From Chloroflexota bacterium (lineage in GTDB: Bacteria > Chloroflexota > Limnocylindria > P2-11E): a DNA stretch of 60,804 nucleotides. The stretch lies in the NCBI GenBank assembly GCA_005879975.1, contig VBIL01000002.1:1-60804 (forward strand). Direction: 5' to 3'. The position numbers and the translations under genes are program-made. The notes below the pieces were generated by a model. The model searched no databases. It was given only the letters and a program-made list of their open reading frames with translations, and was not told the DNA's origin. Of this stretch, positions 1 through 9,330 are shown piece after piece. Numbering within the stretch: the stretch's first letter is position 1; every line of letters begins with the position of its first letter.

Positions 1-1
1 C

Positions 2-262
2 GGCAAGAGCGCGGAGGAAGCGATCGCCATCCTCGAGAACCTTCCAAAGGCGACGGCGCTGCCGCTCGGCCGTGTGGTGCGATCGGCGATCGCCAACGCC
101 GAAAACAACTTCAACCTGACGCTCGAGAGCCTCTACGTGAAGCGCGCGATCGCGAACGAGGGCCCGCGTATGAAGCGCGCGTGGTTCCGCGGACGCGGCC
201 GGCGCGACCTCAAGCTCCATCGCATGGCCCACCTCGAGGTCGTGCTGGACAGCAAGGAATAA
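2..262 (+). CDS. rplV: 50S ribosomal protein L22, C-terminal part (5' end outside window)
   Basis: The frame from base 2 is open to the window edge. Translation GKSAEEAIAILENLPKATALPLGRVVRSAIANAENN...HLEVVLDSKE matches L22. Lies directly upstream of rpsC, as in S10 operons. Confidence 0.85.
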   Translation, partial: GKSAEEAIAILENLPKATALPLGRVVRSAIANAENNFNLTLESLYVKRAIANEGPRMKRAWFRGRGRRDLKLHRMAHLEVVLDSKE

Positions 263-264
263 GG

Positions 265-945
265 ATGGGACAGAAGACGCACCCGGTCGGTTTCCGACTC
301 GGATTCACCAAGACCTGGAATGCCAAGTGGTACGCGAACCACAAGGGGTATCCGGTGCTGCTCAAGGAGGACGTCGCGATCCGCGACGCGATCCGCGGAC
401 GGCTGCGCGACGCGGCTATCGCTCGGATCGACATCGAGCGGTCCGCGAATCAGGTCACGGTGACGATCCAGACGGCGAAGCCGGGCGTCGTGATCGGCAA
501 GGGTGGTGCGAAGGTCGAGGAGCTCCGTCAGGTGCTCGGCAAGATGACCGGGAAGATGGTCAAGGTGAACATCTTCGAGATTCGCTACCCGGAGCTCGAC
601 GCGTACCTCATCGCCGAGAACGTCGCGCAGCAGCTCGAACGCCGTGTCTCTTTCCGCAAGGTGCTGAAGCAGACCGTTCAGCGCTCGATGAAGGCAGGGG
701 CGAAGGGCGTGCGCGTCGCCGTATCGGGACGCCTCGGCGGGGCAGAGATGAGCCGGCGCGAGTGGGAGCGTGAGGGCCGCGTTCCTCTGCACACGTTGCG
801 CGCGGATATCGAGTTCGGTCGCGCGATCGCCAAGACGACATTCGGCACGATCGGCGTGAAGGCCTGGATCTACAAGGGCGACGTCGAGCCGACGCCGCGC
901 CAGGTCACGCAGGCCGGGCCCGCGACGGCACGGGCGGGGGCCTGA
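265..945 (+). CDS. rpsC: 30S ribosomal protein S3
   Basis: ATG at 265 gives [24 protein letters not shown]..., with a KH-type [10 protein letters not shown] motif. ORF 181-945 was trimmed to the canonical S3 start. The stop overlaps the rplP ATG (TGATG). Confidence 0.95.
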   Translation: MGQKTHPVGFRLGFTKTWNAKWYANHKGYPVLLKEDVAIRDAIRGRLRDAAIARIDIERSANQVTVTIQTAKPGVVIGKGGAKVEELRQVLGKMTGKMVKVNIFEIRYPELDAYLIAENVAQQLERRVSFRKVLKQTVQRSMKAGAKGVRVAVSGRLGGAEMSRREWEREGRVPLHTLRADIEFGRAIAKTTFGTIGVKAWIYKGDVEPTPRQVTQAGPATARAGA

Positions 946-1388
946 TGCTGCAGCCGAAGCGCCTCAAGCATCGCAAGTTCCAGCGCGGCCGCATGAAGGG
1001 GTCCGCGCAGTCGGGCAACACCATCACGAAGGGGGATTTCGCGCTGAAGGCGATGGAGCCCTGCTGGATGACCGCGCGTCAGATCGAGGCCGCGCGGCGC
1101 GCGGTCACGCACCACTTCAAGCGCGGCGGCAAGGTCTGGATCAACGTCTTCCCCGACAAGCCAGTCACCAAGAAGCCTGCTGAGGTCCGGATGGGTTCGG
1201 GCAAGGGCGCGCCCGACCACTGGGTCGCGGTCGTGCGGCCCGGGCGCGTGATCCTCGAAGTCGGCGGGGTGAACCGGGTCCTTGCCAAAGAAGCGTTGCG
1301 CCTTGCGGCCTACAAGCTCCCGATAAAGACGCGCTTCATTGAGAGAGAGGAGGCGGTGGCAGATGAAGGACATGCGGCGGCTGTCTGA
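945..1388 (+). CDS. rplP: 50S ribosomal protein L16
   Basis: [19 protein letters not shown]...[21 protein letters not shown] is a canonical L16 sequence (147 aa). Confidence 0.95.
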   Translation: MLQPKRLKHRKFQRGRMKGSAQSGNTITKGDFALKAMEPCWMTARQIEAARRAVTHHFKRGGKVWINVFPDKPVTKKPAEVRMGSGKGAPDHWVAVVRPGRVILEVGGVNRVLAKEALRLAAYKLPIKTRFIEREEAVADEGHAAAV

Positions 1389-1566
1389 CAACGAGATCGC
1401 GGACCAGCTGCGGGGCGCGCGCGAAGAGCTCTTCGACGCGAAGTTCAAGCTCGCCACCCGGCAGCTCAAGAACTTCCGCTCGCTGCCGCAGTCGCGGCGG
1501 AAGATCGCGCGTCTCCTCTCGGTGATGCGCGAGCGAACCGCGTCCGAGGGTGAAACGAGTGGCTGA
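1363..1566 (+). CDS. rpmC: 50S ribosomal protein L29
   Basis: [35 protein letters not shown] matches L29. ATG 1363 is preceded by GAGAGAGGAGG. An alternative in-frame start lies at 1339. Confidence 0.9.
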   Translation: MKDMRRLSDNEIADQLRGAREELFDAKFKLATRQLKNFRSLPQSRRKIARLLSVMRERTASEGETSG

Positions 1567-2155
1567 GAAGACCGAGAAGACCGAGAAGACGGAGAAGAAG
1601 ACGACGGCGAAGACCTCGACGCGCGCGAAAGCCAGCGCCAAGGCGCCGACCGCGACCCGCGCGGTGAAGGCGCCGGCAAAGGCGGCCGTCGCGGCGCGTC
1701 CTGTCGCGAAGCGGACGGTCGCGCGCAAGCGCACCGCGCCAGCCGTGACGCCGGGCGTGGTGGAGCAGTGGACCTGGCGCCGCCTCCGCCGCAAGACCAA
1801 GGTCGGCGTGGTGGTCTCGGCGAAGATGGCGAAAACGATCATCGTCGAGGTGGGACGGCAGCGCGAACACCCGCTGTACAAGAAGGTCATCCGCGTACGG
1901 AAGCGTTTCGCCACGCACGACGAGACGGGCGACGCGAAGGCCGGTGACCTGGTGCGCATCCAGGAGAGTCGTCCCTTTAGCGCCACAAAGCGTTGGCGGC
2001 TGGTCGAGGTGATCTCGCGCGCCGGCGAGGCGGGCGCCGCGGCCCCGCGTGTCGCCGACATCGAGAAGGCGCTCGAGGCTGCCGAAGGGGTTGACGTGAT
2101 CCTCGCACCCGAGCGCGAAGAGAAGGAAGCGGAAGAGGAGCAGGCGAAAGAGTGA
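1550..2155 (+). CDS. rpsQ: 30S ribosomal protein S17 with long N- and C-terminal extensions
   Basis: The core [45 protein letters not shown]...[19 protein letters not shown] matches S17. From GTG 1550 there is a roughly 75-aa K/A/T-rich N-terminal extension and a roughly 45-aa acidic C-terminal tail. Both keep a G/C-rich third codon position. Confidence 0.85.
   Translation: MKRVAEKTEKTEKTEKKTTAKTSTRAKASAKAPTATRAVKAPAKAAVAARPVAKRTVARKRTAPAVTPGVVEQWTWRRLRRKTKVGVVVSAKMAKTIIVEVGRQREHPLYKKVIRVRKRFATHDETGDAKAGDLVRIQESRPFSATKRWRLVEVISRAGEAGAAAPRVADIEKALEAAEGVDVILAPEREEKEAEEEQAKE
1565..1600 (+). repeat. Four tandem 9-nt units GAGAAGACS (encoding [12 protein letters not shown]) inside the rpsQ 5' extension
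   Basis: Read directly: gagaagacc gagaagacc gagaagacg gagaagaag. Confidence 0.9.
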
Positions 2156-2520
2156 TCCGGCCGTACACCAGGGTCCGATGCGCGGACAACACCGGAGCGC
2201 GCGAGCTCTCGGTGATCCGCGTCCTGCGCTCGTCGTCGGGTACGACGGCGGAGATCGGTGATGTCTTCGTCGCGACGGTGAAGAACGCCATCCCGAACTC
2301 CGGCGTCAAGAAGGGCGAGGTCGTGCGGGCGGTCGTCGTCCGCCAGACGAAGGAGTATCGCCGCAATGACGGGTCGCTCATCCGTTTCGACGACAACGCC
2401 GCCGTACTGCTCAACCCGCAGAACCAGCCGCGCGGGACGCGCATCTTCGGACCCGTCGCGCGCGAGCTCCGCGAGCGGAACTTCATGAAGATCGTCTCGC
2501 TCGCGCCGGAGGTCCTCTAA
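2152..2520 (+). CDS. rplN: 50S ribosomal protein L14
   Basis: [18 protein letters not shown]...[19 protein letters not shown] matches L14. GTG 2152 overlaps the rpsQ stop (GTGA). Confidence 0.95.
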   Translation: MIRPYTRVRCADNTGARELSVIRVLRSSSGTTAEIGDVFVATVKNAIPNSGVKKGEVVRAVVVRQTKEYRRNDGSLIRFDDNAAVLLNPQNQPRGTRIFGPVARELRERNFMKIVSLAPEVL

Positions 2521-2559
2521 GTGGTCATCCATCGCGTCGCGATGTTTGACCGGCTTGCT

Positions 2560-2581
2560 GCGCCCTCCGTTGGAGGGACGC
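2560..2581 (+). promoter_or_regulatory. Hairpin pairing the rplX Shine-Dalgarno (GGAGGG) with an upstream CCCUCC
   Basis: The sequence is GCGCCCUCC-GUU-GGAGGGaCGC. The GGAGGG lies 9 nt before GTG 2587. The hairpin sits in one of only two sizeable intergenic gaps in the spc operon. Confidence 0.35.
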
Positions 2582-2586
2582 AGTAA

Positions 2587-2925
2587 GTGGCAGGCATCCG
2601 GCTGCGCAAGGGCGACGAGGTAATGGTCATCACAGGGAAGGACCGGGGGAAGCGTGGCCGCGTGCAGGAAGTGCGGCCGAGCGCGCACACGGTCATCGTC
2701 GCCGGCGTCAACATCGCCAAGCGCCACACCAAGCCGAATCCGTCAAAGAATCAGAAGGGCGGGATCATCGAACAGCCGATGCCCCTCGGTCTCGGCAAGG
2801 TCATGGTGGTCTGTCCGCACTGCGGCAAGCCGACGCGCATCGGCCACCGCCTCGACGAGGATGGGACCAAGGAGCGCGTGTGCCGGCAGTGCGGCGAGGC
2901 GATCGTCGTGGAGCAGCCGTCATGA
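2587..2925 (+). CDS. rplX: 50S ribosomal protein L24 (Cys4 variant)
   Basis: [22 protein letters not shown]...[13 protein letters not shown] is the L24 KOW region. The C-terminal part carries CPHCG...CRQCG. Confidence 0.9.
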   Translation: MAGIRLRKGDEVMVITGKDRGKRGRVQEVRPSAHTVIVAGVNIAKRHTKPNPSKNQKGGIIEQPMPLGLGKVMVVCPHCGKPTRIGHRLDEDGTKERVCRQCGEAIVVEQPS

Positions 2926-3470
2926 CGGCCGTCCTGAAAGAGCGGTACGACACGACGGTGAAGGACGAGCTGCGCAAGCAGTTCAGCTACGCGAACGTGA
3001 TGCAGATCCCGAAGGTCGAGAAGATCATCCTCAATATCGGGATGGGCGAGGCGATCGGCAACGCGAAGGCGATGGACGCGGCCGCGGGAGACCTCGCGAC
3101 GATCACGGGGCAGCGCCCGATCGTCACGAAGTCGCGAAAGGCCATCTCGAACTTCCGCCTTCGTGTCGGCATGCCCATCGGGCTCAAGGTCACCCTTCGC
3201 GGCGAGCGGATGTGGCATTTCCTCGAAAAGCTCGTTACCGTCGCGCTTCCACGCATCCGTGACTTCCAGGGAGTGCCGGACAAGAGCTTCGACGGCCGAG
3301 GCAACTTCTCGCTCGGGCTCAAAGAGCAGCTCGTTTTCCCGGAGATCGACTACGACAAGATCGATCGCCTACGCGGCATGGAGATCACGATCGTGACCAC
3401 GGCGAGAACGGATGAAGAGGGGCGCGCGCTGCTGCGCGGCCTCGGGATGCCGTTCCGCACTGCGTCCTGA
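2922..3470 (+). CDS. rplE: 50S ribosomal protein L5
   Basis: ATG 2922 overlaps the rplX stop (ATGA). [44 protein letters not shown] matches L5. Confidence 0.95.
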   Translation: MTAVLKERYDTTVKDELRKQFSYANVMQIPKVEKIILNIGMGEAIGNAKAMDAAAGDLATITGQRPIVTKSRKAISNFRLRVGMPIGLKVTLRGERMWHFLEKLVTVALPRIRDFQGVPDKSFDGRGNFSLGLKEQLVFPEIDYDKIDRLRGMEITIVTTARTDEEGRALLRGLGMPFRTAS

Positions 3471-3515
3471 GAGGTAGGAAATGACGACTCGTTGCACACG
3501 TCATCATTCATACGT

Positions 3516-3535
3516 GCACCTCCTGGTGGAGGTGC
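3516..3535 (+). promoter_or_regulatory. Perfect 8-bp hairpin sequestering the rpsN Shine-Dalgarno
   Basis: The sequence is GCACCUCC-UGGU-GGAGGUGC. The right arm is the only SD for ATG 3544. The hairpin lies in a 73-nt, relatively AT-rich spacer. Confidence 0.4.
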
Positions 3536-3543
3536 TGTAGTCG

Positions 3544-3729
3544 ATGGCGAAGAAGAGCCTCATCCTTAAGTCACGGCGGACGCCCAAGTTCAAGGTGCGG
3601 GGGCACCACCGCTGTGAGATCTGCGGTCGGCCGCGCGGGTACATGCGGATATTCGGCCTCTGCCGGATCTGCTTCCGCGAGCGCGCGCTGATAGGCGAGC
3701 TGCCTGGCGTCACGAAGTCGAGCTGGTAG
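3544..3729 (+). CDS. rpsN: 30S ribosomal protein S14 type Z (zinc-binding, 61 aa)
   Basis: [46 protein letters not shown]... has CxxC...CxxC and the short type-Z length. Confidence 0.95.
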   Translation: MAKKSLILKSRRTPKFKVRGHHRCEICGRPRGYMRIFGLCRICFRERALIGELPGVTKSSW

Positions 3730-3734
3730 TAGAG

Positions 3735-4241
3735 GTGAGCGTATTGACCGAAGAGCAAATGAGCGGCATGGGCGAGCAGCCCGGGGAGGCCCGGACCGAC
3801 CGACCGGCGCGCAAGCCCGCGACGCCGCCCAAGAAGGCCCGGCCGAAAGGCATAGGGATGCCGAACGACCCCGTGGCCGACATGCTCACGCGCGTCCGCA
3901 ACGCCGCGGGCGCGCGCCACGAGACGGTGAGCATCCCGACGAGCCGGACGAAGCTCGAGATCGCGCGCATCCTGCGCGACGAGGGCTTCATCTCGGGCTA
4001 TGAGCAGCCGAGTGCACGCGAGATACTCCTGCGGCTGAAGTTCGTCGGCAAGCTGCCCGCCGTGTCGGGAATTCGCCGCATCAGCAAGCCAGGCCTACGG
4101 GTCTACGCGCGCAAGACCGAGATACCGCGCGTGCTCGGCGGGATGGGCGTGGCGATCATCTCGACCTCTTCCGGGGTCATGACCGGTCGTCAAGCGGAGC
4201 GCAAAGGCCTCGGTGGCGAGGTCCTGGCGTACGTATGGTGA
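3735..4241 (+). CDS. rpsH: 30S ribosomal protein S8 with about 41-aa N-terminal extension
   Basis: The canonical S8 sequence starts at [16 protein letters not shown] (3858). The upstream in-frame P/K/A-rich stretch keeps high GC3, so GTG 3735 (or ATG 3759) is plausible. The start is uncertain. Confidence 0.85.
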   Translation: MSVLTEEQMSGMGEQPGEARTDRPARKPATPPKKARPKGIGMPNDPVADMLTRVRNAAGARHETVSIPTSRTKLEIARILRDEGFISGYEQPSAREILLRLKFVGKLPAVSGIRRISKPGLRVYARKTEIPRVLGGMGVAIISTSSGVMTGRQAERKGLGGEVLAYVW

Positions 4242-4245
4242 TCGG

Positions 4246-4806
4246 ATGAGTCGTATCGGACGCATGCCCGTCGTGGTCCCAGGCGGTGTCGACGTGAAGC
4301 TCGAGGGGCGGATCGTGACCGTGAAGGGGCCAAAGGGCCAGTTGGCGCGCACGTTCCACGAGAACATGTCCATCGCGCGCGAGGATGGGAAGATCACCGT
4401 CACCCGCGCCGACGACAGCAAGCAGAACCGCGCGCTTCACGGGCTGACGCGCACGCTCATCGCGAACATGGTCACGGGGGTGACCACCGGGTTCACGAAG
4501 GATCTCGAGATCAGCGGGACTGGATACCGCGCGGTGCTGCAGGGCAAGAAGCTCCAGCTCGCGCTCGGCTTCTCGCACCCGATCGAGATCGATCCTCCCG
4601 CCGGCATCACGTTCACGGTCGAGACGCCCCAGAAGCTCAAGGTCTCGGGCGTGGACAAAGAGGTCGTCGGTGAGATCGCCGCGAAGATCCGCGGTCTCCG
4701 CGTCCCGGACCCCTACAAGGCGAAGGGTGTCAAGTACGCCGGCGAGTACATCCGCCGGAAGGCGGGCAAGGCCGGCAAGGTCGGCGCGGCGGCGGGCAAG
4801 GTCTAA
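4246..4806 (+). CDS. rplF: 50S ribosomal protein L6
   Basis: ATG 4246 gives [33 protein letters not shown], which matches L6. Confidence 0.95.
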   Translation: MSRIGRMPVVVPGGVDVKLEGRIVTVKGPKGQLARTFHENMSIAREDGKITVTRADDSKQNRALHGLTRTLIANMVTGVTTGFTKDLEISGTGYRAVLQGKKLQLALGFSHPIEIDPPAGITFTVETPQKLKVSGVDKEVVGEIAAKIRGLRVPDPYKAKGVKYAGEYIRRKAGKAGKVGAAAGKV

Positions 4807-4808
4807 AG

Positions 4809-5162
4809 GTGGCGAGAGAGAGCCGTCTTGAAGGCCGGACCAGGCGCCACGAGCGCGTCCGCGAGAAGATCCGCGGCAGCGCGGGACGGCCGCGTCTTGC
4901 GGTGTTCCGCTCGATCACGCACATCTCGGCGCAGCTCATCGATGACGATGCGGGCCGGACGCTGGTCGCGGCGTCGAGCGTCACCACGAAGGACGCCAAA
5001 GGGAACAAGACGGAACGCGCGAAGGCCGTGGGCGCCGTGCTCGGCGAACGCGCCAAGGCCAAAGGCATCGGCGAGGCGGTGTTCGACCGCGGCGGGTACC
5101 GCTACCACGGGCGGATCAAAGCGCTCGGCGACGCCGCTCGAAGCGCGGGGTTGAGGTTCTGA
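4809..5162 (+). CDS. rplR: 50S ribosomal protein L18
   Basis: [35 protein letters not shown]...[20 protein letters not shown] matches L18. Confidence 0.9.
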   Translation: MARESRLEGRTRRHERVREKIRGSAGRPRLAVFRSITHISAQLIDDDAGRTLVAASSVTTKDAKGNKTERAKAVGAVLGERAKAKGIGEAVFDRGGYRYHGRIKALGDAARSAGLRF

Positions 5163-5671
5163 TGGCACGAATCGATGCGAATCGTTTAGAGCTGACCGAA
5201 CGGGTGGTGCAGATCAACCGTGTCTCCAAAGTCGTGAAGGGCGGAAGGCGCTTCTCGTTCTCGGCGATCGTCGTCGTCGGGGATGGCCGCGGTCACGTTG
5301 GCGCCGGGCTCGGCAAGGCCGACGAGGTCCCGGGTGCCATTACCAAGGGCCGCGAGGATGCGAAGAAGCACGTCATGCTCGTTCCCCTCGTCGACCGCAC
5401 CATTCCGCACCGCGTGGAAGCCGATTTCGGGGCGGCGAAGGTGATCCTGCGTCCCGCATCGAAAGGGACCGGCGTCATCGCCGGAGGATCGGTCCGCGCC
5501 GTGGTCGAGTCGGCCGGCATCAGCGACATTCTTTCGAAATCGCTCGGCAGCACGAATCCCGTCAACGTGGTCATGGCGACCATGAAGGCGCTTGGGCAGC
5601 TCCGCTCCGCGGAGTCCGTCCGTCAGGCACGCGGCCTGCCGCAGCGCGAGCCCGCGGGAGCCGCCTCGTGA
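5162..5671 (+). CDS. rpsE: 30S ribosomal protein S5
   Basis: [39 protein letters not shown] matches S5. Confidence 0.95.
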   Translation: MARIDANRLELTERVVQINRVSKVVKGGRRFSFSAIVVVGDGRGHVGAGLGKADEVPGAITKGREDAKKHVMLVPLVDRTIPHRVEADFGAAKVILRPASKGTGVIAGGSVRAVVESAGISDILSKSLGSTNPVNVVMATMKALGQLRSAESVRQARGLPQREPAGAAS

Positions 5672-5859
5672 CACGGCTCGAGATTCGTCAGAACCGAAGC
5701 TCGATCGGCGAGAAAGAAGGCGCCCGGCGCACGCTCTCCGCTCTCGGGCTGCGGCGCACCGGTCAGATCGTTTCGCACGAGGATTCGCCTGTCGTACGCG
5801 GGATGCTCCGGCGCGTCGCTCACCTGGTCGTCGTGACCGACGGCAAAGCGGAACGCTGA
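5668..5859 (+). CDS. rpmD: 50S ribosomal protein L30
   Basis: [30 protein letters not shown] matches L30 (63 aa). Confidence 0.9.
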   Translation: MTRLEIRQNRSSIGEKEGARRTLSALGLRRTGQIVSHEDSPVVRGMLRRVAHLVVVTDGKAER

Positions 5860-6308
5860 TGCGCGAGCACCAGGTCGGCCGTCCGCTCGGGTCGCGCAAG
5901 CCGACCCGCCGCCTGGGCCGGGGCACCTCGCAGGGGCAGGGCAAGACCGCGGGACGGGGCACCAAGGGTCAGCTCGCGCGGACCGGCCCGGGCCTACCCG
6001 GCTGGTTCGAAGGTGGGCAGACACCGCTGCACATGCGCGTACCCAAGCTGCGGGGCTTCAAGAACCGCTTCCGCAAGAGCTTCGTCGCAGTGAATGTGGG
6101 GACGCTTGCGAACTATGCCGCGGAAGGCAAGGTCTCGCCCGATACGCTCGCCGCGAAGGGCCTTATCGACAAGGAGGCTCGCATCAAAGTGCTAGGTGAT
6201 GGCGCGATCGCCTCGAAGCTCGAGGTGCACGCGCACTCGGTGTCCGCCACGGCGCGTCAGAAGATCGAAGCCGCCGGCGGCTCCATCGTGATCATCGCGC
6301 AGAAATAG
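5859..6308 (+). CDS. rplO: 50S ribosomal protein L15
   Basis: ATG 5859 overlaps the rpmD stop. GRGTSQGQGKTAGRGTKGQLARTG...GGQTPLHMRVPKLRGF matches L15. Confidence 0.9.
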   Translation: MREHQVGRPLGSRKPTRRLGRGTSQGQGKTAGRGTKGQLARTGPGLPGWFEGGQTPLHMRVPKLRGFKNRFRKSFVAVNVGTLANYAAEGKVSPDTLAAKGLIDKEARIKVLGDGAIASKLEVHAHSVSATARQKIEAAGGSIVIIAQK

Positions 6309-6314
6309 TCGCGA

Positions 6315-7510
6315 ATGGGCATGTTTACCGCGCTCATCGATTCGCTCCGCACTCCCGACCTGCGGAACAAGATCCTCTTCACGCTTGGGATGATCCTGGT
6401 GTTCAGGTTCCTCGCCCATGTGCCGCTCCCCGGCGTCAATCAGGATCAGCTCAATGCGCTCCTCCAGAACAACCAGCTCATCAATCTGCTGGACCTCTTT
6501 TCCGGCGGAGGGCTGGCGCGGTTTTCGATCGTCGCGCTCGGGGTCAATCCCTACATCAACGCCTCGATCATCATGACCCTCCTCAACCAGACGATCCCCG
6601 CCCTCGAGCATCTTTCGAAAGAGGGCGAGTACGGTCGCAACCGGATCAACCAGTACACCCGCATCCTGACCGTACCGCTCGCGCTGCTTCAGCGTCGCTG
6701 ACCGCGGGCACGATCATCCTCATGTGGCTCGGTGAGCTGATCAGCGAGCGCGGCATCGGAAATGGCATCAGCTTCATCATCTTCGCGGGCATCGTGGGCC
6801 GGCTGCCGAACACGGTCGAGCAGACCCTCCAGGTCCAACAGAACTTCCTCGCGCTCGCGGCGATCGCCATCATCTCGGTCCTCGTGATCGGGGCGATCAT
6901 CTTCATCCAAGAAGGCCAGCGCCGGATCCCAGTGCAGTACGCCAAGCGCGTGCGCGGGACTCGGATGTACTCCGGAGGCAGCACGCACATCCCGCTGCGG
7001 GTGAACAGCGCAGGTGTCATCCCGATCATCTTCGCGATCTCGATCCTCCTGCTGCCGAGCCAGGTCGCCCAGTACTTCACCACGAGCGAAACGCAGCTGA
7101 TCCGGGATGTGGCGACGGGGATCGTGGCCTTCTTCCAGAATCCGATCTTCTACAACAGCACCTACTTCGTGCTCGTCGTCGCGTTCACGTTCTTCTACAC
7201 GGCGTTCACCTTCATCCCGAATGACGTCGCCGACAACATCAAGCGCTACGGCGGCTTCATCCCCGGCATTCGGCCCGGGCGTCCGACCGCCGAGTTCCTC
7301 TCCCGGGTGGTCACTCGGATCACCATCGCGGGCGCCCTCTTCCTCGGGCTGGTGGCCGTGATGCCAACGCTCGTCGGAGACTTGACTGGCGTGCAAACGT
7401 TGCGCCTCGGAGGGACGAGCATCCTCATCGTCGTCGGCGTCGTGGTCGAGACGATGAAGCAGCTCGAGGCGCAGCTACTGCAGCGGAGCTACGAGGGGTT
7501 CATCCGTTAG
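6315..7510 (+). pseudogene. secY: Preprotein translocase SecY, split into two frames with about 30 codons missing near 6695
   Basis: ORF 6315-6701 ends ...RINQYTRILTVPLALLQRR*. The other frame resumes with ASLTAGTIILMWLGELISERGIGNGISFIIFAGI... to 7510. The segment between the LALLQ and TAGT..MWLGE motifs (TM3 region) is absent. Confidence 0.85.
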
Positions 7511-8148
7511 TGGCGGACGGCCGAGCGGCGAGCGACGAGACGAGCCTTGAGATCCTCTCCGCCACGGGAGTCGCGCGATTGAGCGCCGGCGATCTCGTCG
7601 TCATGGGCCCCCCAGGGGTGGGGAAGGGGACGCAGGCCAAGGCCCTCGCCCAACAGAACGGATGGGTGCAGCTCTCGACCGGCGAGCTCTTCCGCGACCA
7701 CATCCGCCGCGAGACGGATCTTGGGCGGCGCGTGAAGACCTATCTCGACCAGGGCCTCTACGTGCCGGACGAGGTGACCGTCGAGATGGTCCGCGAGCGC
7801 TTGCGCGGGATCTCGCCCTCGACGCGGGTCCTCTTCGACGGGTTTCCGCGCACGGTAGCGCAGGCGGAGGCGCTCGACCGGCTCCTGGAGGAGCTCGGCC
7901 GGAGGGTCGATGCGGTGCTGCTGCTCGACGCGCCACGCGAGGAGCTCCTCGCGCGCCTTTCCAGTCGCGCGATCACCGAAGCGCGCGCCGACGACACGCC
8001 CGAGGTGATCGCAAAGCGGCTGGACCTCTATCAGGGCGAGACGAGCCCGGTCATCTCGTATTACGACGACCGCGGCCTCGTGAAGCGCGTGAACGGGGTG
8101 GGAAAGGTCGATGACGTGACGCGGCGGCTGCGCGAGGCCGTCAATTGA
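7510..8148 (+). CDS. adk: Adenylate kinase (short-LID type)
   Basis: Contains LVVMGPPGVGKGTQA (P-loop), FDGFPRT and RADDTPEVIAKRL. GTG 7510 gives a roughly 25-aa leader before the P-loop strand. A TTG near 7579 is an alternative start. Confidence 0.85.
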   Translation: MADGRAASDETSLEILSATGVARLSAGDLVVMGPPGVGKGTQAKALAQQNGWVQLSTGELFRDHIRRETDLGRRVKTYLDQGLYVPDEVTVEMVRERLRGISPSTRVLFDGFPRTVAQAEALDRLLEELGRRVDAVLLLDAPREELLARLSSRAITEARADDTPEVIAKRLDLYQGETSPVISYYDDRGLVKRVNGVGKVDDVTRRLREAVN

Positions 8149-8954
8149 TCACGCTGAAGACGCCCGCGCAGATGGCGAAGATGCGCGAGGCCGGTCGGGT
8201 CGTCGCTGCCATGCTCGAGGAGTGCCGCGCGGCGGTCCGGCCAGGGATCACGACCGCCGAGCTCGATCGCATCGCCGCCGAGGTGCTCCGACGGTCGGAC
8301 GCCACGAGCTCGTTCTTCGGTTACTACGGGCATCCGATCAGGCGGGAGGTCCCGCCGGGGTTCCCGCGCACGATCTGCACCTCGATCAACGAAGAGATCG
8401 TCCACGGCATCCCCTCGCCGAAGCGGAAGCTGCGGGAAGGCGACATCGTGGGCATCGACGCGGGCGCGATCATCGACGGCTGGCACGCGGACGCGGCGAT
8501 CACGCTCCCGGTCGGGAAGGTGTCGCCCGAAGCAGAGCGCCTCATCGGGGTGACCGAGGAAGCCCTCCGCATCGGAATCGCCAACGCGCAGGTGGGCGGC
8601 CGGATCGGGGACATCGGCGCCGCGATCGAAGCGTACGTACGCGCGCAGGGCTTCACCGTCGTCCAGAACTACGTCGGTCACGGGATCGGCCGGGCGATGC
8701 ACGAGGAGCCCCAGGTGCCGAACTACAAGCCGGCGCGTGGACACCCCAACCCGCCGATCGGCGAGGGCCTCTGCATCGCGATCGAGCCGATGGTCAACGT
8801 GGGTGGCCCGGAGACGCGGACGCTCGAGGACCAGTGGACCGTCGTGACCGCCGACCGGAGCCTCTCGGCGCACTTCGAGCACACCCTCGCCTGCACGGCC
8901 GCCGGACCGGTGGTCCTGACCGTCCCCGGCAAGGGCGCGGCGGTCGCCGCCTGA
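8145..8954 (+). CDS. map: Type I methionine aminopeptidase
   Basis: Contains MITLKTPAQMAKMREAGRVVA, INEEIVHGIP, DIVGIDAGAIIDGWHAD, GHGIGRAMHEEP and EPM..., which are the metal-ligand motifs. The TTGA overlaps the adk stop. Confidence 0.9.
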   Translation: MITLKTPAQMAKMREAGRVVAAMLEECRAAVRPGITTAELDRIAAEVLRRSDATSSFFGYYGHPIRREVPPGFPRTICTSINEEIVHGIPSPKRKLREGDIVGIDAGAIIDGWHADAAITLPVGKVSPEAERLIGVTEEALRIGIANAQVGGRIGDIGAAIEAYVRAQGFTVVQNYVGHGIGRAMHEEPQVPNYKPARGHPNPPIGEGLCIAIEPMVNVGGPETRTLEDQWTVVTADRSLSAHFEHTLACTAAGPVVLTVPGKGAAVAA

Positions 8955-8960
8955 TGCGTG

Positions 8961-8990
8961 TTGCCCAACTGTGGCCGGTCTTGGTACAAT
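8961..8990 (+). promoter_or_regulatory. Candidate sigma-70-type promoter for the infA/alpha operon
   Basis: TTGCCC, then 18 nt, then TACAAT preceded by TGG. It lies in an AT-enriched 86-nt spacer between map and infA. Confidence 0.3.
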
Positions 8991-9040
8991 TTTGGTTCCC
9001 GTTGGCAGATGCCGCGGGTAAGCCTGTGTCTGGAGCGTAA

Positions 9041-9274
9041 TTGGCGAGCAAACCGAGCAACAAAGAAGTCATTGAAGTCGAGGGGACGGTTTCCGAGGCC
9101 CTTCCGAACGCGATGTTCAAGGTCGAGCTCCAGAACGGGCACGCGGTGCTGGCGCACATCAGCGGCAAGATGCGGATGAACTTCATCCGGGTCGTGCCGG
9201 GCGACAAGGTCCTCGTGGAGCTGTCGCCGTACGACTTGAAACGAGGACGCATTACGAGGCGAGTGAGGTATTAG
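9041..9274 (+). CDS. infA: Translation initiation factor IF-1
   Basis: [59 protein letters not shown] matches IF-1. The start is TTG. Confidence 0.9.
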   Translation: MASKPSNKEVIEVEGTVSEALPNAMFKVELQNGHAVLAHISGKMRMNFIRVVPGDKVLVELSPYDLKRGRITRRVRY

Positions 9275-9330
9275 TGAAGGTCCGCGCATCGGTCAAGAAG
9301 CGTTGCGATAAATGCAAGATCATCCGGCGG
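9274..9330 (+). pseudogene. rpmJ: 50S ribosomal protein L36, first 19 codons only
   Basis: GTG 9274 gives [19 protein letters not shown]. The frame then runs into rpsM sequence with no further L36 similarity; the second Cys/His pair is lost. Confidence 0.7.

Noticed and set aside
1565-1600. Short tandem repeats (here and at 9700-9745 and 28868-29017) as possible CRISPR or VNTR loci
   Set aside because: All are in frame inside coding regions and encode charged low-complexity peptide repeats. There is no repeat-spacer architecture.
1336-2727. 463-aa minus-strand ORF, and similar long antisense ORFs at 11038-12240, 12480-13685, 21724-23154, 24815-25978 and 28676-29944
   Set aside because: All lie opposite well-supported genes (rpmC-rplX, rpoA-rplQ, truA-rplM, alr, galU, glmU) and encode low-complexity R/A/P-rich sequence.
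6680-6725. Programmed frameshifting or translational recoding as an explanation for the split genes (secY, ppdK, rpoD and others)
   Set aside because: Conserved residues are physically absent at each junction, not merely shifted, and there are no slippery heptamers. Missing sequence explains the pattern better.
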